Shown here in pieces: positions 20,562 to 30,536 of a DNA stretch of 64,000 bases (its first letter is position 1; each line of letters starts with the position of its first letter). Under the pieces are notes generated by a model. It was given only the letters and a program-made list of their open reading frames with translations, made no database searches and had not been told where the DNA came from. The translations under genes were made by a program, and so were the position numbers. This DNA comes from an uncultured bacterium (GTDB lineage Bacteria > Krumholzibacteriota > Krumholzibacteriia > LZORAL124-64-63), in the NCBI GenBank assembly GCA_963727525.1, contig CAVSGO010000007.1, forward strand, positions 288,001 to 352,000, given 5' to 3'.

Positions 20562-20640
20562 GCCGGGGGGCTCTGTCGGTGGGTGAGATGGCGCCTCATT
20601 CCATGCGAAGCCACCTCACCCACCGACAGAGCCCCCCGGC
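20562..20640 (-). terminator. Long perfect hairpin after the last selenoprotein paralog
   Basis: 26-bp perfect inverted repeat 20562-20587 / 20615-20640, 22 nt past the stop at 20663; weak TTGTGTT tail. Confidence 0.65.
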
Positions 20641-20662
20641 GCTCTGCGCCATCCCGCAGCGT

Positions 20663-22666
20663 CTATTTGACGAGAGTCATCTTTCTCGTCAGCGTCTGCG
20701 CGTCCGTCGCCAGGCGATACACGTAGGTGCCAGAGGCGGCGGCAAGACCCGAGTCGGTCCGGCCGTCCCACACCACGGCGTGATCGCCCGATGCCATCGG
20801 CTCGTTGATCAGAGTGCGTACCATGTGGCCCTGCAGGTCGAAGACCTCCAGGCGCACCGGGCCGCGCTGGTCGAGCACGAAGGCGATCTTCGTGGACGGG
20901 TTGAAGGGGTTGGGCTGGTTCTGGGCGAGCGTCAGCGGGCGCGGCGCTTCGTCCTGGACCGGCGTCGAACCACCGGGGATCAACCAGTCGAGGCTGTTCT
21001 GCATGACGGCGTCGCGACTCGCGGCATCGGCGATGCCTTCCAGGCCGAAGCCGAGGAACACGATCTTGAAGCCGTTCATGTCGGTGCGCGAGCCGGCAAC
21101 GCGATCATTCGCGTAGTCGAAGATCGGCACGGCATCCGAGTAGTAGGTCTGGAACCAGTCGGGGTCGGACTGGTTGTTGGCGCCGTCGCCACCGGTGAGC
21201 TCGAAGGCGAGTCCGTCACCGATGGCATCGTCCGCCACACCCACGACCGAAGTACTGCCGGAGTTGCCACCGCGGAGGCGAATCCGGGTCTTGTTCTGGA
21301 ACCAGGTATTGAGGCCGTCGGCGTAGAGCGCCTCGGCGAGGTCCTGGCCCGACCAGAGCATGCGGCCGCCGGCGCCGAGGTAGGCGTCGATGGCGTCGCG
21401 GTCTTCGGCGTTGAAGCCGGGGTTCGCGTTGCCGCAGGCCCACACGACGGCGTCGAACATGCCGAGCGACGCCGCGTCGACCGTGGTCAGCGAACGGTTC
21501 CAGATCGTCACCGTCCGCCCGGCCGCGGTGATGGCCGGTTCGAAGTAGTCGGCGGCATAGCCCGCGTCGGCATCGTCGGCGATGAGCAGCACGTCGCGGC
21601 CGCCGGGCACCGCGAGGAAGCTCGCGGAGGCCACGGTCGCCTGGGCGCCCTGGCTATGCACGTTCAGCGTCACGGTGCCGTAGTCCGCGTCGGCCGCGTC
21701 CGTGGTCACCACGAGCTGCGTCGTGCCGAAGCTGGGGATCGGCACCGTCACGCTGGTGCCGTCCACACCATCGTGCGTGAAGTGGGCCGACCAGCCGGTC
21801 GGAAGCTGCGACGTGTCCAGCGTGATGTCGTAGACGTCGTCTTCCAGACCGAAGTTGGTGACGGTGGCCGTGCCGAAGACCAGCGGTCCGCCGGTCGCGA
21901 CGGCCTGCTGCTGTCCGTCAACGGCAACGCCGCCGGCGAACGGCAGGCTGCGGCTGTTGCCGCTGTTGTAGATGAACTTGTCGGTGTCGCGCTGTACCCA
22001 GACGATCGCTTGCATGTTCGCCGGGTTCCAGTCACCCATGACGAAGGGCAGCGTGACCGTCTGGATGTCGCCGATGTTCTGGGCCGTCAGCGGCGTGCCG
22101 GTGGCGTTGGGAAGCATGTCGCGCAGCACGTGTTCGAACGTGCGCGGTGCGTAGTAGAGGTCGCTCTCGACGATCGCGACACGCAGGTACGTGTTGGCGA
22201 TACTCGCAAGGTTCTCTCCGACGATCTCCACCTGCGCCGTCACGGAGGCGTTCCCGGGGGTGAAACTGTAGGCCTCCACCGTCACCGAGACCGGCGTGGT
22301 GTTTGTCCAGTGGTTCTCGATCACCGGGAAGTAGAGATGCCCGTCCATGGCGTCCGTACCGGCTCCGACGATGTGGTAGAACCCATCGAAGTAGAGGTCG
22401 GGGATGCCGCTCATGCTGTAATAGCTCTGACGCTGATCCGATTCCGGACAGCTCAGACCACCGCTCGATGCGAGGTAGTTGATGTAATTGAACTGGGTCG
22501 GTTGGTAGGTGTCCTCGCACACGGCGAGTCCCGCTTCAGCGTTGGGGCAGTACACTCACCAGGTGGCGGCGCCCAGCTCGGCCAAGACCGTGCGGGGCAC
22601 CTGGGCGTTGGCGACGGCGCTCGTCATCAAGACGCCGAACACCAGCAGCGACAGCATGCGCTTCAT
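20663..22666 (-). CDS. Putative secreted selenoprotein C: Omp28-like thioredoxin fold (UxxC) + Ig-like + alpha/beta domain + FlgD-Ig CTD, 667 aa
   Basis: GGAGG RBS, ATG 22666, MKRMLSLLVFGVLMTSAVANAQVPRTVLAELGAATW, in-frame TGA 22558-22556, then VYCPNAEAG continuing 630 codons. Confidence 0.88.
22514..22528 (-). promoter_or_regulatory. Candidate bacterial SECIS hairpin (paralog C)
   Basis: CTCGC-CGTGT-GCGAG; loop starts 33 nt after the UGA. Confidence 0.55.
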
Positions 22667-22720
22667 GGTTTTCCTCCGGAGGGTTGGCAGCTTCGAACAT
22701 GCCCGCGGGCATATGCTTCG

Positions 22721-22729
22721 ACGATAGCA
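22721..22729 (-). promoter_or_regulatory. Extended -10 element (paralog C)
   Basis: TGcTATCGT about 55 nt upstream of the ATG, at the same relative position as in paralogs A and B. Confidence 0.4.
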
Positions 22730-22811
22730 CATGCTCCTCGAGTATACCAGTGTAACCTGATGGGAATTGATGTTTTAAAACGGTTCTCATGATCAGGATG
22801 CCTGCCTGTGG

Positions 22812-22841
22812 CACGGCCTCCCACCGGAGCGGGAGGCCGTG
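22812..22841 (-). terminator. Hairpin after paralog B
   Basis: 11-bp inverted repeat CACGGCCTCCC/GGGAGGCCGTG, similar to the hairpin at 25011-25042. Confidence 0.6.
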
Positions 22842-22860
22842 ACGTCGGCACGAGGATGCC

Positions 22861-24870
22861 CTATTTCACCAGGGTCATCTTCCTCGTCAGCGATTGCGTG
22901 TCGGTCTGCAGGCGGTACACATAGGTGCCGGAAGCGGCGCTTGGACCGTTATCGGTCCGGCCGTCCCACACCACGGTGTGGTCACCCGCGTCCATAGCTT
23001 CGCTGGCCAGCGTACGCACCAGGCGGCCCTGCAGGTCGAAGACCTCCAGCCGCACGGGACTCCGCTGGTCGAGAACGAAGGCGATCTTGGTCGACGGGTT
23101 GAAGGGATTGGGCTGGTTCTGGGCGAGCGCCAGGGGTTTCGGGGCCTGGTCCTCGACCGGCGTCGACGTGGTGCCGATCAGCCAGTCGAGGCTGCTGTCC
23201 ATGACGCTGTTGCGGTCCGCCTGGTCGGCGATGCCCTCGAGGCCGAAGGCCAGGAACACCAGCTTGTAGCCCGTGATCTCGATGCGGCTGCCTGCCAGCG
23301 CGCCGGTGCCATACTGGAATACCGGGATGGCGTCGGCGGTCAGTGTCTCGATCACGTCGGGGTCGCTCTGATTGTTGGCGCCGTCGCCGCCGTTCAGGGT
23401 GAACGCGAGCCCGTCGCCGATGGGATCGTCGGCCACGCCGGTGATGGCAAGGTTGCCGGAATTGCCGCTGACGACTCGGCAGCGGGTCTTGAATTGCATC
23501 CAGAGGTTGGCCGAGCCACCTTCGGCCTGCAGGTCCTGGGCGATGTCCTGACCCGTGATGAGGATCTTGCCGCCGGCCGTGAGGTAAGTGTCGATCGCGG
23601 CGCGATCGGCCGCCTCGAGACCGGGATTGGTGCCGCCGCAGGCCCACACGACCGCGTCGAAGTGACTCAGCACACTGCCGTCGAGCGCCGTCAGGTTGCG
23701 GTCCCACACGGAGTACGTGCGGGCCGACGCGCCGACCGCGGGACCGACGAAGTCGGTGGCGATGTTGTCCAGGCCGTCATCGGCGACCAGGAGCACGGTC
23801 TTGGTACCCGACACTGCGACGAAGTCGAGGGAGGCGACGTTGGAACCCGCTCCCTGGCTGGCGATGTTCAGCGTGACCTGTCCGCTTTGGTCGTCGGCCG
23901 CGTCGATCGTCACGACGAGGTCAAGGCTGTTGAAGCTGGCGAGCGGCAGCGTCATGCTCGTGGCGTCGGCGCCGTCGTGCGTGAAGTGCGCGTCCCAGCC
24001 GGCCGGAAGGCTGCCCAGTTCCAGGCTGATGTCGTAAACATCGTCCTCGAGGCCCAGGTTCGTGACCGTGGTGTTGCCGAAGGCTACCGGGCCGCCCTCG
24101 GAGACTGCCTGCTGCGCGCCATCGATGGCCACGCCGGCCGCGAAGGGCACCATGAGGCTGTTGCCGCTGTTGTAGATGAACTTGTCGGAGTCGCGCTGCA
24201 CCCAGACGATGATCTCCAGGTTCGCGCTGTTCCAGGCGCCCATGGTGAACGGCAGGGTGAACTCTTGCGTCTCGCCGCTGTTCTGGATGGTCAACGGCGT
24301 GCCCGTTGCGCTCGGCAGCATGTCGCGCAGTACGTGCTCGTACGTCGAACCGCCATACACGACATCGTTCTCGATGATCGCCGCGCGCACGTAGGTGTTC
24401 GCGGTGCTCGTGAGACTGCCGTCGATGAGTTCCACGCGCACGGTCGCGTACGCGTTGCCGGGCGCGAAGCTGAAGTCCGTCACGGCGACCGCAACGGGTG
24501 TGGAGTTGGTCCAGTGATCCTCGATGATCGGGACGTAGATGTGTCCGTCCTGGGCATCGGACCCGGCTCCGACAAGGTGGTAGTAGCCGTCGAAGAACAG
24601 GTCGGGAATGCCGCCCATCCCGTAATAGCTCATGCGCTGGTCCGATTCCGGGACGCTCAGGCCACCCGAGGAGGCCATGTAGACGATGTAGTTGAACTGT
24701 GTCGGATAGTAGGTGTCCCCGCACACGGCGAGGCCCGCTTCAGCGTTGGGGCAGTACACTCACCAGGTGGCTGCGCCGAGCTCGGCCAGCACCGTGCGTG
24801 GCACCTGGGCAGTAGCGACGGCACTGATCAGAAGCAGGCTGACCGCCACCAGCGATAGCAATCGCTTCAT
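22861..24870 (-). CDS. Putative secreted selenoprotein B: Omp28-like thioredoxin fold (UxxC) + FlgD-Ig CTD, 669 aa
   Basis: GGAGG RBS, ATG 24870, MKRLLSLVAVSLLLISAVATAQVPRTVLAELGAATW, in-frame TGA 24762-24760, then VYCPNAEAG continuing 632 codons. Confidence 0.88.
24717..24733 (-). promoter_or_regulatory. Candidate bacterial SECIS hairpin (paralog B)
   Basis: CCTCGC-CGTGT-GCGGGG with a U-G wobble; same loop and spacing from the UGA as in the other paralogs. Confidence 0.55.
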
Positions 24871-24922
24871 GGTTTTCCTCCGGAGGTTGGCAGCTTTGAA
24901 CGATGCCCGTAGGCGTCTGGTG

Positions 24923-24952
24923 ATTTTAGCATGATCTTTATGGAGAATCCAA
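24923..24952 (-). promoter_or_regulatory. Putative sigma70-type promoter (paralog B)
   Basis: TTGGAT-18 nt-TAAAAT with TG extension (TGcTAAAAT). Confidence 0.5.
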
Positions 24953-25007
24953 GTTCAACTTTCGGTTGCTCAAATAAAGAAACAATACTCATTATCTTTT
25001 GACAACG

Positions 25008-25042
25008 AAAATCCGGCCCCCCACCAGAGTGGGAGGCCGGAT
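25008..25042 (-). terminator. Intrinsic terminator after paralog A
   Basis: Minus strand ATCCGGCCTCCCAC-TCTG-GTGGGGGGCCGGAT followed by TTTC. Confidence 0.7.
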
Positions 25043-25069
25043 CGTACGACAAGGGCTCGCAGCGTGTAT

Positions 25070-27085
25070 CTACTTGACCATCAACATCTTCCGTGTCAGA
25101 CGCTGGTTGCCCGCATCCAGGCGATACACGTACGTGCCCGACGCGGCCTGCTGACCGGCGTCAGTGAGACCGTTCCAGACCACGGCGTGGTCACCGGCCG
25201 CCATCGCCTCGCCTGCCAGCAGCGTGCGTACGAGGCGGCCCTGCAGATCGAAGACCTGTAGGCTCACCGGTCCGCGCTGGTTGAGCGCGAAGGCGATCTT
25301 GGTCATCGGGTTGAACGGGTTGGGCTGGTTCTGGGCGAGTGCCAGGGCCTTCGGGGCCTGGTCCTCGACCGGTGTCGACGTGGTGCCGATCAGCCAGTCC
25401 AGCGAGTTGTGCATGACCATGTCACGATCGGCCTGACTGGAGATGCCCTCGAAGCCGAAAGCCAGGAACACCAGCTTGTATCCCGAGATCTCGATCCGGC
25501 TGCCGGCCAGTGAGCCATCGCCGTAGTGGAACACGGGAATGGCGTCGGCCGTCAGCGTCTCGATGACATCCGGGTCGGTCTGGTCGTTGGCGCCGTCGCC
25601 ACCGTTGAGCGTGAAGCTCAGACCATCGCCGATCACATCGCCCGACTCACCGTCGATCTGGAAGTTGTTCGAGTTGCCGTTGAGGAACCGGCAGCGAGTC
25701 TTGAACTGCATCCAGAGGCTGGCCGAACTGCCCTCGGCGGCGAGGTCCTGGGCCACGTCCTGTCCCGTGATCAGGAGGCTGCCGCCGGCGGCGAGATAGG
25801 TGTCGAGTGCTGCGCGGTCGGTGTCGCGCAGACCGGGATTGGTACTGCCGCATTCCCAGATGACGGCATCGTAGTCCGTCAAGACGTTGCCATCGACCGG
25901 ACCCAGCGACCGTTCCCAGGTCGCGTAGGACTTGCCGGCGGACATGATGGCGGGGCCGAAGTACGGATCGGTGAGTCCGGCACCGTCATCGTCGGCGACC
26001 ACCAGCAGATCGGTGCCGCCGGCGAGGCCGGCGAAGGTCAGCGTCTTCACGACTTCCTGACCGGCCTGGCTGAACACCGTGAGGTCGGTACGGCCGGAGC
26101 CGCTCGCGCCCGGCATCATCGTCACGACGAGGTCTGTGCTCGTGAACGGATCCAGTGTCACCGTCGTGCTCGTGCCGTCGACACCGTCATGCGTGAAGTG
26201 GGCGCTCCAGCCCGCGGGCAGCGACGACGTATCGAGCGAGATGTCGTAGGTGTCCTGCTCGGTACCCACATTCACGATGCTCGTCGTGCCGAACACGATG
26301 GGATCGGAACCCTGCGCGATGACCTGCTGGGGACCGTTCACCGCGGCCTGCACCGAGTAGGGGCCGACCTCGCTGTTGCTGCTGTTGTAGATGAACTTGT
26401 CGGTGTCACGCTGCACGAACACGATCGCGTTCATGTTGGTAGCATTCCACGTGCCCATCGTGAACGGCAGGTGCAGGGTCTGCTCCTCGCCGTCGTTCTG
26501 GATCGTCAGTGGCGTGCCGGCCGCATTGGGCAGCATCTTGCGGCAGATGTGGGTGTAGTACTCGTGTCCACCGTACGTGAGGTCGTCCTCGATCAGGACG
26601 ACGCGGATGTACGTGCTGGCGTTGCTCGCCAGGTCGCCGAAGAGCTTCACCTTCACATCGACGAATGCGTCGGTGTGGTCGAACGACCAGTCCGTCACTG
26701 CGCACGCGACCGGTGTGGTGTTGAGGAAGTGGTTGTCGATGATCGGGATATAGGTGTGCCCGTCGACTTCACCGGATCCGGCGCCCACGACCTGCTGGTA
26801 ACCGTCCCACCGCAGGGTGGGGAAGCCGGTCACGCCGTAGTAACCGATGCGCGTCTGCGAGTCCGGGTTGTTGAGCCCGCCGGAGTTGTCCTCGTAGCAG
26901 ACGTACTTGAACTGGGAGTCTTCATAGAGGCCGTCGCACACGGCGAGGCCCGCATAAGCGTTGGGGCAGTACACTCACCAGGTGGCCGAGGCCATCTCGC
27001 AAAGCACCGTCCGGGGCACCTGGGCCGACGCCACAGCGCCGCACAGCAGAATGCCGAGCGCAACGGTAGTAGCCAGTCGCTTCAT
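25070..27085 (-). CDS. Putative secreted selenoprotein A: Omp28-like thioredoxin fold (UxxC) + FlgD-Ig CTD, 671 aa
   Basis: GGAGG RBS, ATG 27085, MKRLATTVALGILLCGAVASAQVPRTVLCEMASATW, in-frame TGA 26977-26975, then VYCPNAYAG; YGVTGFPT cis-Pro motif; FVQRDTDKFIYN. Confidence 0.88.
26929..26950 (-). promoter_or_regulatory. Candidate bacterial SECIS hairpin (paralog A)
   Basis: GGCC-TCGC-CGTGT-GCGA-C-GGCC (8 bp with one bulge); same loop and spacing from the UGA. Confidence 0.55.
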
Positions 27086-27131
27086 GGTAACCTCCAGGGG
27101 TTCGCGACTTCGAAATTCGAGACCGCTACCG

Positions 27132-27160
27132 ATTTTATCAGGTATCCCTGTGGGGGGCAA
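27132..27160 (-). promoter_or_regulatory. Putative sigma70-type promoter (paralog A)
   Basis: TTGCCC-17 nt-TAAAAT with TG extension (TGaTAAAAT). Confidence 0.55.
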
Positions 27161-27238
27161 GGGGTGAATCCCGTAAACTGTTGTGATGCAGTAAATTCAA
27201 AAACAGGAGAAATTCGCAGTTTTACCCACTTCGGCGTC

Positions 27239-27269
27239 AAAAACGGCCCCGGCTGGAGCCCGGGGCCGT
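27239..27269 (-). terminator. Intrinsic terminator after the TlpA-DUF6029-like gene
   Basis: Minus strand ACGGCCCCGG-loop-CCGGGGCCGT followed by TTTT. Confidence 0.75.
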
Positions 27270-27295
27270 CGGCTTGCGCCGCGCGCGGTCGGCGC

Positions 27296-29281
27296 TCAGT
27301 AGCGGAATACCCCGAAGCATTCCACGCCCTCGAACGCCGGCTCGAACTTGCAGACGCCGCCCGAGCACAGGTAGCCCGCCTGGCGCTTGCCGAACCACAC
27401 GTTCAGGCTGCCGCCGTCGTCGAGGGTGTAGCTCACCTGGCCGGCGGGGAAGCTGCTGCCCTGCACCTCGCCCGAGCCGAGCTGGGCGTCGAACTTGTTG
27501 TTGGTCTCGAGGATCGCGTCGAAGGCCCAGTGGGGCGCGATCTCGTGCTCCAGCTTGTACCACTGCTGGTCGTACTTGCCCAGCACGCCCAGGCGCACAT
27601 GTTGCTGCTCGGCCTGCAGCGTCCAGCTGCGGACGGCGCTCTGGTACCAGGTGAGTTCGCCGATCACGGTCTGGCGGATCGCATCCTCACTATCGCGATA
27701 GCCGAATCCGGCGCGGAACCGGAAGTCGCCGAGGCGCTCCTGTTCGAGGTGGCCGTAGATCTCCTCGAAGAGATGCTCGTTCGCGTGGTTGGCGATGCGG
27801 CTCGCATTCGCGAGGGCGTTCCAGCCGTGGGGGCCGGTGTAATTGGCTTCCACCTGCCAGCCCTTCTCATCGTCGGGATCGAGGTTGTGCGGCGCGCGGT
27901 TCAGCAGCGTGTAGATGTGCTCGCGCACCAGGGCGGGCGGACGGTTGAGCGGCTGCTTGCCGTCGGCGCGCTTGATCACCGAAAAGTCACGGTAGTCGCT
28001 GTGTTCCACCGAGAGGCTGACCGGTCCTGTGTACAGGTTCAGATTGCCGTAGTAGGCCTTCCCCGGGGCCTTGTCGAGCGTGGTGGGATCGACGTCGAAA
28101 CCGGTCTTGTGACCGTACTCGAAGTAGGCGTCGCCCTTGCCGAAGAAGAGGCTGGCGCGGCCCGAGGCCACCCACTCGCGCTTGATGTCATCATGCGAGG
28201 GGAGCAGCGACGGCTCGTAGGTCAGGGCCGTGCCTCCCACCTTGAACGCCCATGGCAGTCCGAGCGCCCCGGCGAGCGGCACGTCGAAGGCCGCATCGAG
28301 GCCGCGCACGTCGACGTCGGCGATCTCCGCGCCACTGGTGGCATCGAGCACGCTGGCGGTGCCGGTGGTGCCCGAAAAGACCTGCATGTCGGCGGGGCCG
28401 GCCTGGCCGCGCACGTAGATGCCGTCGAGGCTCGTGTCGACGCGGATGTTGCGATCCTCGTAGCTGTTGAAGACGATGCCGCGGCCGAACATGCCGTAGA
28501 ACTGGCCCACCCGCACGAACGCGTCGCCATTGTTGTACTCGAAGAAGCGGTGGACGATCTTGTTGCGCCGGTTGCCCTCCTCGCTCGGCGCCTGGTGGTC
28601 GAGCAGGATGCCGGTGCGGAAGTCGCCGAAGAGGTACACGACGTCGAGCCAGTTCTCCACCTGCTCCTCGTCGGAGCTGGTGTCGTACTTGTACTTGAAC
28701 TGATCGCGCACGCTGAGCGCATCGCGCCAGTCCACGCCGCCGGTGCCCGCGGAGGCGGCGAGCGGCTCGGTCGGCTGCGTGAGCAGCGTCTCCAGCGCGA
28801 GCCGCACCTCTTCCTCGTCGCCGTCCTTGTAGCCGATGTGGCGGAACGCTTCGGCGCCATTCGCGTCGAATACGACCACGAAGGGAATCATGCCGCCGAT
28901 CTGCATGATCTGCTGCACGTCGCCCGCCGTGTCGAGGGCCACGATCACGTCGTCGTAGCCGCGCGACTGCACGTAGGGCTGCACCTTCGCCACGCTCTTG
29001 CTGTTGTCGATGTTCACGGCGATGAATGTGGCCTTGCTCGCGTACTCGCCGGCGAGCCGATTCATCTGCGGTAGTTCCTTGAGGCACGGGTTGCACCACA
29101 GCGCCCAGAACGACACGACCACCGGCCCCTGGGCCAGTTGCTCGCGCAGGTTCACCGTGCCGCCGCTGGCGGTGGGCAGGGTCCAGTCGGTGCTCAGGTA
29201 ATCGACGGCGGCCGCCGGCAAGGCGGCGCCGGCGAGAATGAGCAGGGCGAGGAATTGCAAAGCCCGGCGGTGGACCACCAT
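27296..29281 (-). CDS. TlpA-like disulfide reductase fused to a DUF6029-like outer-membrane beta-barrel
   Basis: Signal peptide; SFWALWCNPCLKELP; barrel region VGQFYGMFGRGIVFNSYEDRNIRVDTSLDG; C-terminal CSGGVCKFEPAFEG...FRY; AAGGAG RBS. Confidence 0.8.
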   Translation of the reverse strand: MVVHRRALQFLALLILAGAALPAAAVDYLSTDWTLPTASGGTVNLREQLAQGPVVVSFWALWCNPCLKELPQMNRLAGEYASKATFIAVNIDNSKSVAKVQPYVQSRGYDDVIVALDTAGDVQQIMQIGGMIPFVVVFDANGAEAFRHIGYKDGDEEEVRLALETLLTQPTEPLAASAGTGGVDWRDALSVRDQFKYKYDTSSDEEQVENWLDVVYLFGDFRTGILLDHQAPSEEGNRRNKIVHRFFEYNNGDAFVRVGQFYGMFGRGIVFNSYEDRNIRVDTSLDGIYVRGQAGPADMQVFSGTTGTASVLDATSGAEIADVDVRGLDAAFDVPLAGALGLPWAFKVGGTALTYEPSLLPSHDDIKREWVASGRASLFFGKGDAYFEYGHKTGFDVDPTTLDKAPGKAYYGNLNLYTGPVSLSVEHSDYRDFSVIKRADGKQPLNRPPALVREHIYTLLNRAPHNLDPDDEKGWQVEANYTGPHGWNALANASRIANHANEHLFEEIYGHLEQERLGDFRFRAGFGYRDSEDAIRQTVIGELTWYQSAVRSWTLQAEQQHVRLGVLGKYDQQWYKLEHEIAPHWAFDAILETNNKFDAQLGSGEVQGSSFPAGQVSYTLDDGGSLNVWFGKRQAGYLCSGGVCKFEPAFEGVECFGVFRY

Positions 29282-29396
29282 GGTTGCTCCTTCGGCGCGG
29301 CGCGTGACGGGAGGGGCGACCGCCTCACGCGGTTTCGCCCCGTCTCCCGGGCCGGATCGGCACCGGGGGACGGGGCGCTGGGATGGTTCTCGGGTC

Positions 29397-30533
29397 CTAC
29401 TTGACGAGCGACATCTTCACTGTCTGGGTCTGCGCGCCGACCTGGACCTTTGCCAGGTACACGCCCGTGCCCAGGGGATCGCCCGCGCCGTCGCGGCCGT
29501 CCCAGCTCACGCTCTGGCTGCCCGGGGCGACGAGCCCGGCATCGAGCGTGCGCACCTTCTGACCGCGCACGTCGTAGATGTCGATCGCTGCCGGCAGGGC
29601 ATGGTCGCCACCCACAGCGAAGCGGATCTCCGTGCGCGGATTGAACGGGTTCGGCGTTGCCTGCACCCCGCTCAGCAGCGGCTGCGCCATGTCTTCCACG
29701 CCCACGAGGCCTTCGGTGGACACGTAGTACGTGTACGATCCCACGACGGCACCATCGGTATTGCTGGCGATGTTCAGCGTCATCGAACCTGCACCCGTGG
29801 TGAAGAGGGGTGTGAAGTCGAGGTCGAAGTCGAGGAAGCCGCCGCTCGCGACGACACCAGTGACGGGCACGGTGAAGTCGGTCTGCGACGGCGGGTAGCA
29901 GATGCCGTCGTAGCACACGGTCGCGCTCCAGTCCAACGGCATGTCGCGAGTCACGGTCAGCGTGTAGCTGTCGTCCTGCATGCCCGTATTGAAGAGCGCG
30001 GTGTGGAAGCGCACGACTTCACCGTTGTTCGCCGGCAGTATGTTGGCGCCGGGGGCGAACGTGAAGGCCACGGGTGCGTCGCTCAGGGGAAGCACGGTGT
30101 ACGTCACATGCTCGTCGTAGCTCGGGTCGCTATTACTCGTGATGTTGATCGTGTAGGTTCCCGGTCCCTCGGTCACCAGCGTCGTGATGTCGAGATCGAC
30201 CTCAGTGGTTTCGCCCGGCGCGAGCGTACCGGTCTCGGGCACGATGAAGTCGACCAGGTCCGGCGTGTAGCAGACGCCGCCGTAGCATACGCTGAGGGTC
30301 CAGTCGTCGGGAATGTCCTTGGTGACTGTCAGGTGGAAGGTGTCGGCGTTCTCGCCGGTATTCGTGAGTTGCGCGATCACCTGATAGTACGAGAAGATCG
30401 GCATCACCACCGTGGTGGGGCCTGGGTTGTACTGGAGACCGTGGGGTGCTGCCAGGGCGGGGCCGGCGGTGAGGGCCAGCATGAGGCCGCCGGCCAGGCT
30501 ACAGAGGCAAGCGAGCTTGCGCAGGGTCGACAT
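29397..30533 (-). CDS. Secreted protein with two Ig-like repeats (each W..xVCYxGxCY) and FlgD-Ig CTD
   Basis: Signal peptide; repeats DWTLSVCYGGVCYTP and DWSATVCYDGICYPP; PNPFNP..WDGRD..GVYL. Confidence 0.8.
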   Translation of the reverse strand: MSTLRKLACLCSLAGGLMLALTAGPALAAPHGLQYNPGPTTVVMPIFSYYQVIAQLTNTGENADTFHLTVTKDIPDDWTLSVCYGGVCYTPDLVDFIVPETGTLAPGETTEVDLDITTLVTEGPGTYTINITSNSDPSYDEHVTYTVLPLSDAPVAFTFAPGANILPANNGEVVRFHTALFNTGMQDDSYTLTVTRDMPLDWSATVCYDGICYPPSQTDFTVPVTGVVASGGFLDFDLDFTPLFTTGAGSMTLNIASNTDGAVVGSYTYYVSTEGLVGVEDMAQPLLSGVQATPNPFNPRTEIRFAVGGDHALPAAIDIYDVRGQKVRTLDAGLVAPGSQSVSWDGRDGAGDPLGTGVYLAKVQVGAQTQTVKMSLVK

Positions 30534-30536
30534 GAG

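Noticed and set aside
20663-26974. ORF-track starts at GTG (MYCPNA...) for the three paralogs
   Set aside because: The GTG directly follows the TGA, has no RBS, and would remove the signal peptide and half of the redox motif. In-frame ATGs with GGAGG lie 108 nt upstream of each TGA.
22556-26977. TGA as a nonsense mutation or as a genome-wide reassigned codon
   Set aside because: The same TGA is kept in three diverged, otherwise intact paralogs at a catalytic Cys position, and TGA serves as a normal stop in many other genes in the window.
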